Below, in pieces: positions 61,930 through 64,000 of a stretch of DNA of 64,000 nt (positions are counted from its first letter, which is position 1; the number at the start of each line of letters is the position of its first letter). Under the pieces are notes generated by a model. That model was given only the letters and a program-made list of their open reading frames with translations. It made no database searches and was not told the DNA's origin. The DNA lies in contig JAYWIR010000002.1 in the NCBI GenBank assembly GCA_036172245.1, forward strand, positions 6,510,001 through 6,574,000. The letters run 5' to 3'. The position numbers and the translations under genes are program-made. Origin of the DNA: Raillietiella orientalis. Lineage: Eukaryota.

Positions 61930-64000
61930 CTCGAAAAGTGGCGATGTCGGATCAATCTTTTCCAGGTGCCACGATGTGACGGAATGTCTTCTCTGAGAAG
62001 GCAAATGAATTCGGGGACCCTATTTTCGCTTCCTTTTCAGCTAAGTTGGAAAGAAATTCTAAAACGGATTCAACTCGGATTAAAAACCTCGGGGAAGTCT
62101 ACGGAGAACATCACTGACACCGCTGATGAGGCATCGCGAAGCAAAGAAATCACCAAGAGCGCTTTTCTTCGGTGAGTAAAACACGTTTGATGTGAATAGG
62201 TTCCTGAAGGTTCTGGGCTGTAGTCCTTAGCTCAGTAGGATGCTAATTAACCAGTGTCACCCCATGTCATCTCACACTGTGTCCGCGACACGTCAGCTCA
62301 CCAGGATGCTCAAACACAACTTCTGGGAAATGCACCCCGAGTAGGAAAGTTCTCAATTACCAGAAGCCTTCCTCTTCTTGCTGTTATCGAAATTTTTCCA
62401 GAGATGAAAAGACCACTGAGCTGAAGCAGTTGATTGGCATTCATCGACTCCGGCTCCGAACTCATGCCCGGTCCTCACAATGAGCGGCTCTAAATCTTCT
62501 GTCGAGTATCCGTTCGAAGGGGCTCCTGACTTGTCTCTCCCACCTTCCATCCTCACTTGCGCGATTCGATGATTTAAGATCCCTTCCCTTGTTTCCCCTC
62601 CCCCCCTCCCTCCGGATTGTGGTAGCCCGAGTGCAGCGGAGCAACCATGCAGGCGGCAGAGGACTTATTGCTGTCCAAACGCATGTAATGGCAACAAGGG
62701 GGTACGTGAACCCCGCTCTCTTTTTTGTCAAGCATTCGATTCCCACAAATACTTGAGGTTTCCCCGGTGCCAGCGGTGTTTGGCCAGCACTTTTTCCAAA
62801 GCGCTCGTTCCTTTTTTGCTCTCCGTATGCAACCTTCTTTCTCTTTTTCCTCTGAGCTTCGCAGGTCTCGCAGCAAATCAACGAGGATTGATTGCTTTAG
62901 GCGCTCACCAAGCCTTAGAGACCGTCTGAGCATCGTGGGGATGGAGTGCAAACAAGGATGCACCTTCTCAGCATTTCGAGAAAGAAAGAGTCCCCCTTGC
63001 AAGCGGAAGCCTTAAGGATGGAGTGGTTCGGCACGTCAAAAAAAAAAAAAAAAACACCCATTGACATGATTAAAGGATGGACGTTGGCGCAGTCGCAGTT
63101 TGCCTTGAGCTTCTAAATAGCGTGCTCGGACGCCCTCGGCGCAAGGAGTTTTGAAAGTGCATTTGACCATCAGAAGGACATCTGCGTGTTGTTCGCCGGG
63201 ACTTTCTTTTCCAAGTTCTCCGGACGACCGAAGTGCGTCCTGGGGAACATCCTGGAGCACGATTTCGATGCGAAAATGGAGCCAACTTTACTGCACGTCC
63301 GACAGGATTGTTTTTTCTAGAAAGCCTGCCGCGAGGGCTTCCTGATTTTTTCAACCAGGACTCATTTCCGCAAGCGGTTCGGGCTGTCATACAGCAAGGA
63401 GGTGCCCTCCCGGAAGACGAAATTCCCAGAAGCTTTCCCTTTTCGCAAACACCATGGCGATGAAAGCGTGTTGGAATTCTGGATCCACACCGAAAAAGCC
63501 GTCGGAAGGAGCAATTTAAAAGTCAATGGCTGTCTGCTGTACCATAATGAGGTTCTTCAGCAGCACCGGCAGTAGTAACAACTATCATCGTTCGAACTCC
63601 TTCATCCTCTCTCCATGAAATGAGGATGCTGTGGATGAAATCTGAAATCCTCTCCTCTTTATCTCCGCCCTCCTTGCTTCCATTAGGTGAGCCCTTCGGA
63701 GGCTGCGTTGTGCGCACACGTCATCGCGCGTAAAGAAAACCTTCTTGCATCCGTTGAGTCCAGATCCCCGCTGCGATCTCCCGCTTGGAAGGCAGACTCC
63801 AAGGACAATCCCGAAGGGGGGAGCGGAAGAGCCACTGAAGCTCGGAAAGAAGCCGGAAGGAATCAGGCGTGGGAACTGCCTCTTCCCGACTCTCGAAAAG
63901 CAGGCGCGCCGCACTCATGAGCGTAGTGGCGAGCGGTTCGCCTCTCCAGGCGGACCACGGGAGACGGATGGACGGGAGATGATGCAAGAATGCCGGGGCA
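61930..64000 (-). pseudogene. LRR-III-type receptor-like kinase pseudogene (runs off the window end)
   Basis: 'QFPRLIPSGFFPSFSGSS..GIVLGVC' (LRR cap), 'DALRSSGELGKESPG' (DLLRASAEVLGKGSxG), 'EAQGKLR', 'SILVDLL', 'NGYSTE', 'PEVFNPS' (EVFD) and 'C....PSHRGT' (C...PxxRP). Confidence 0.55.

Noticed and set aside
1..64000. CRISPR array, rRNA or prokaryotic operon
   Set aside because: No regularly spaced repeats, no rRNA motifs and no long intact ORFs were seen.

Overview
Eukaryotic nuclear DNA, most likely from a seed-free land plant such as a liverwort (inferred only from the gene families present). I found no intact protein-coding gene in the 64 kb, and the supplied ORFs look like pieces or antisense shadows of decayed genes. 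By manual translation across frameshifts, the window is a dense field of heavily degenerate pseudogenes: TORNADO1-like LRR-Roc-COR, LRR receptor-like proteins and kinases, L-type lectin RLKs, F-box genes, glyoxal oxidase, lipoxygenase, a vicilin-like cupin and polyubiquitin. Most lie on the minus strand. They are mixed with L1, Ty1/copia and Helitron-like remnants. The best-preserved and most interesting element is a ~830-nt tRNA-headed, poly(A)-tailed, hairpin-rich SINE-like family present as four pieces (11026-11761, 47342-47500, 48340-48639, 56139-57003). It has a 139-bp block identical between two copies and repeated C(UUCG)G motifs on the Pol III strand. Three perfect short-spacer inverted repeats are also present. 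Pseudogene calls are motif matches made by eye, with approximate boundaries, and need HMM or tBLASTn confirmation.
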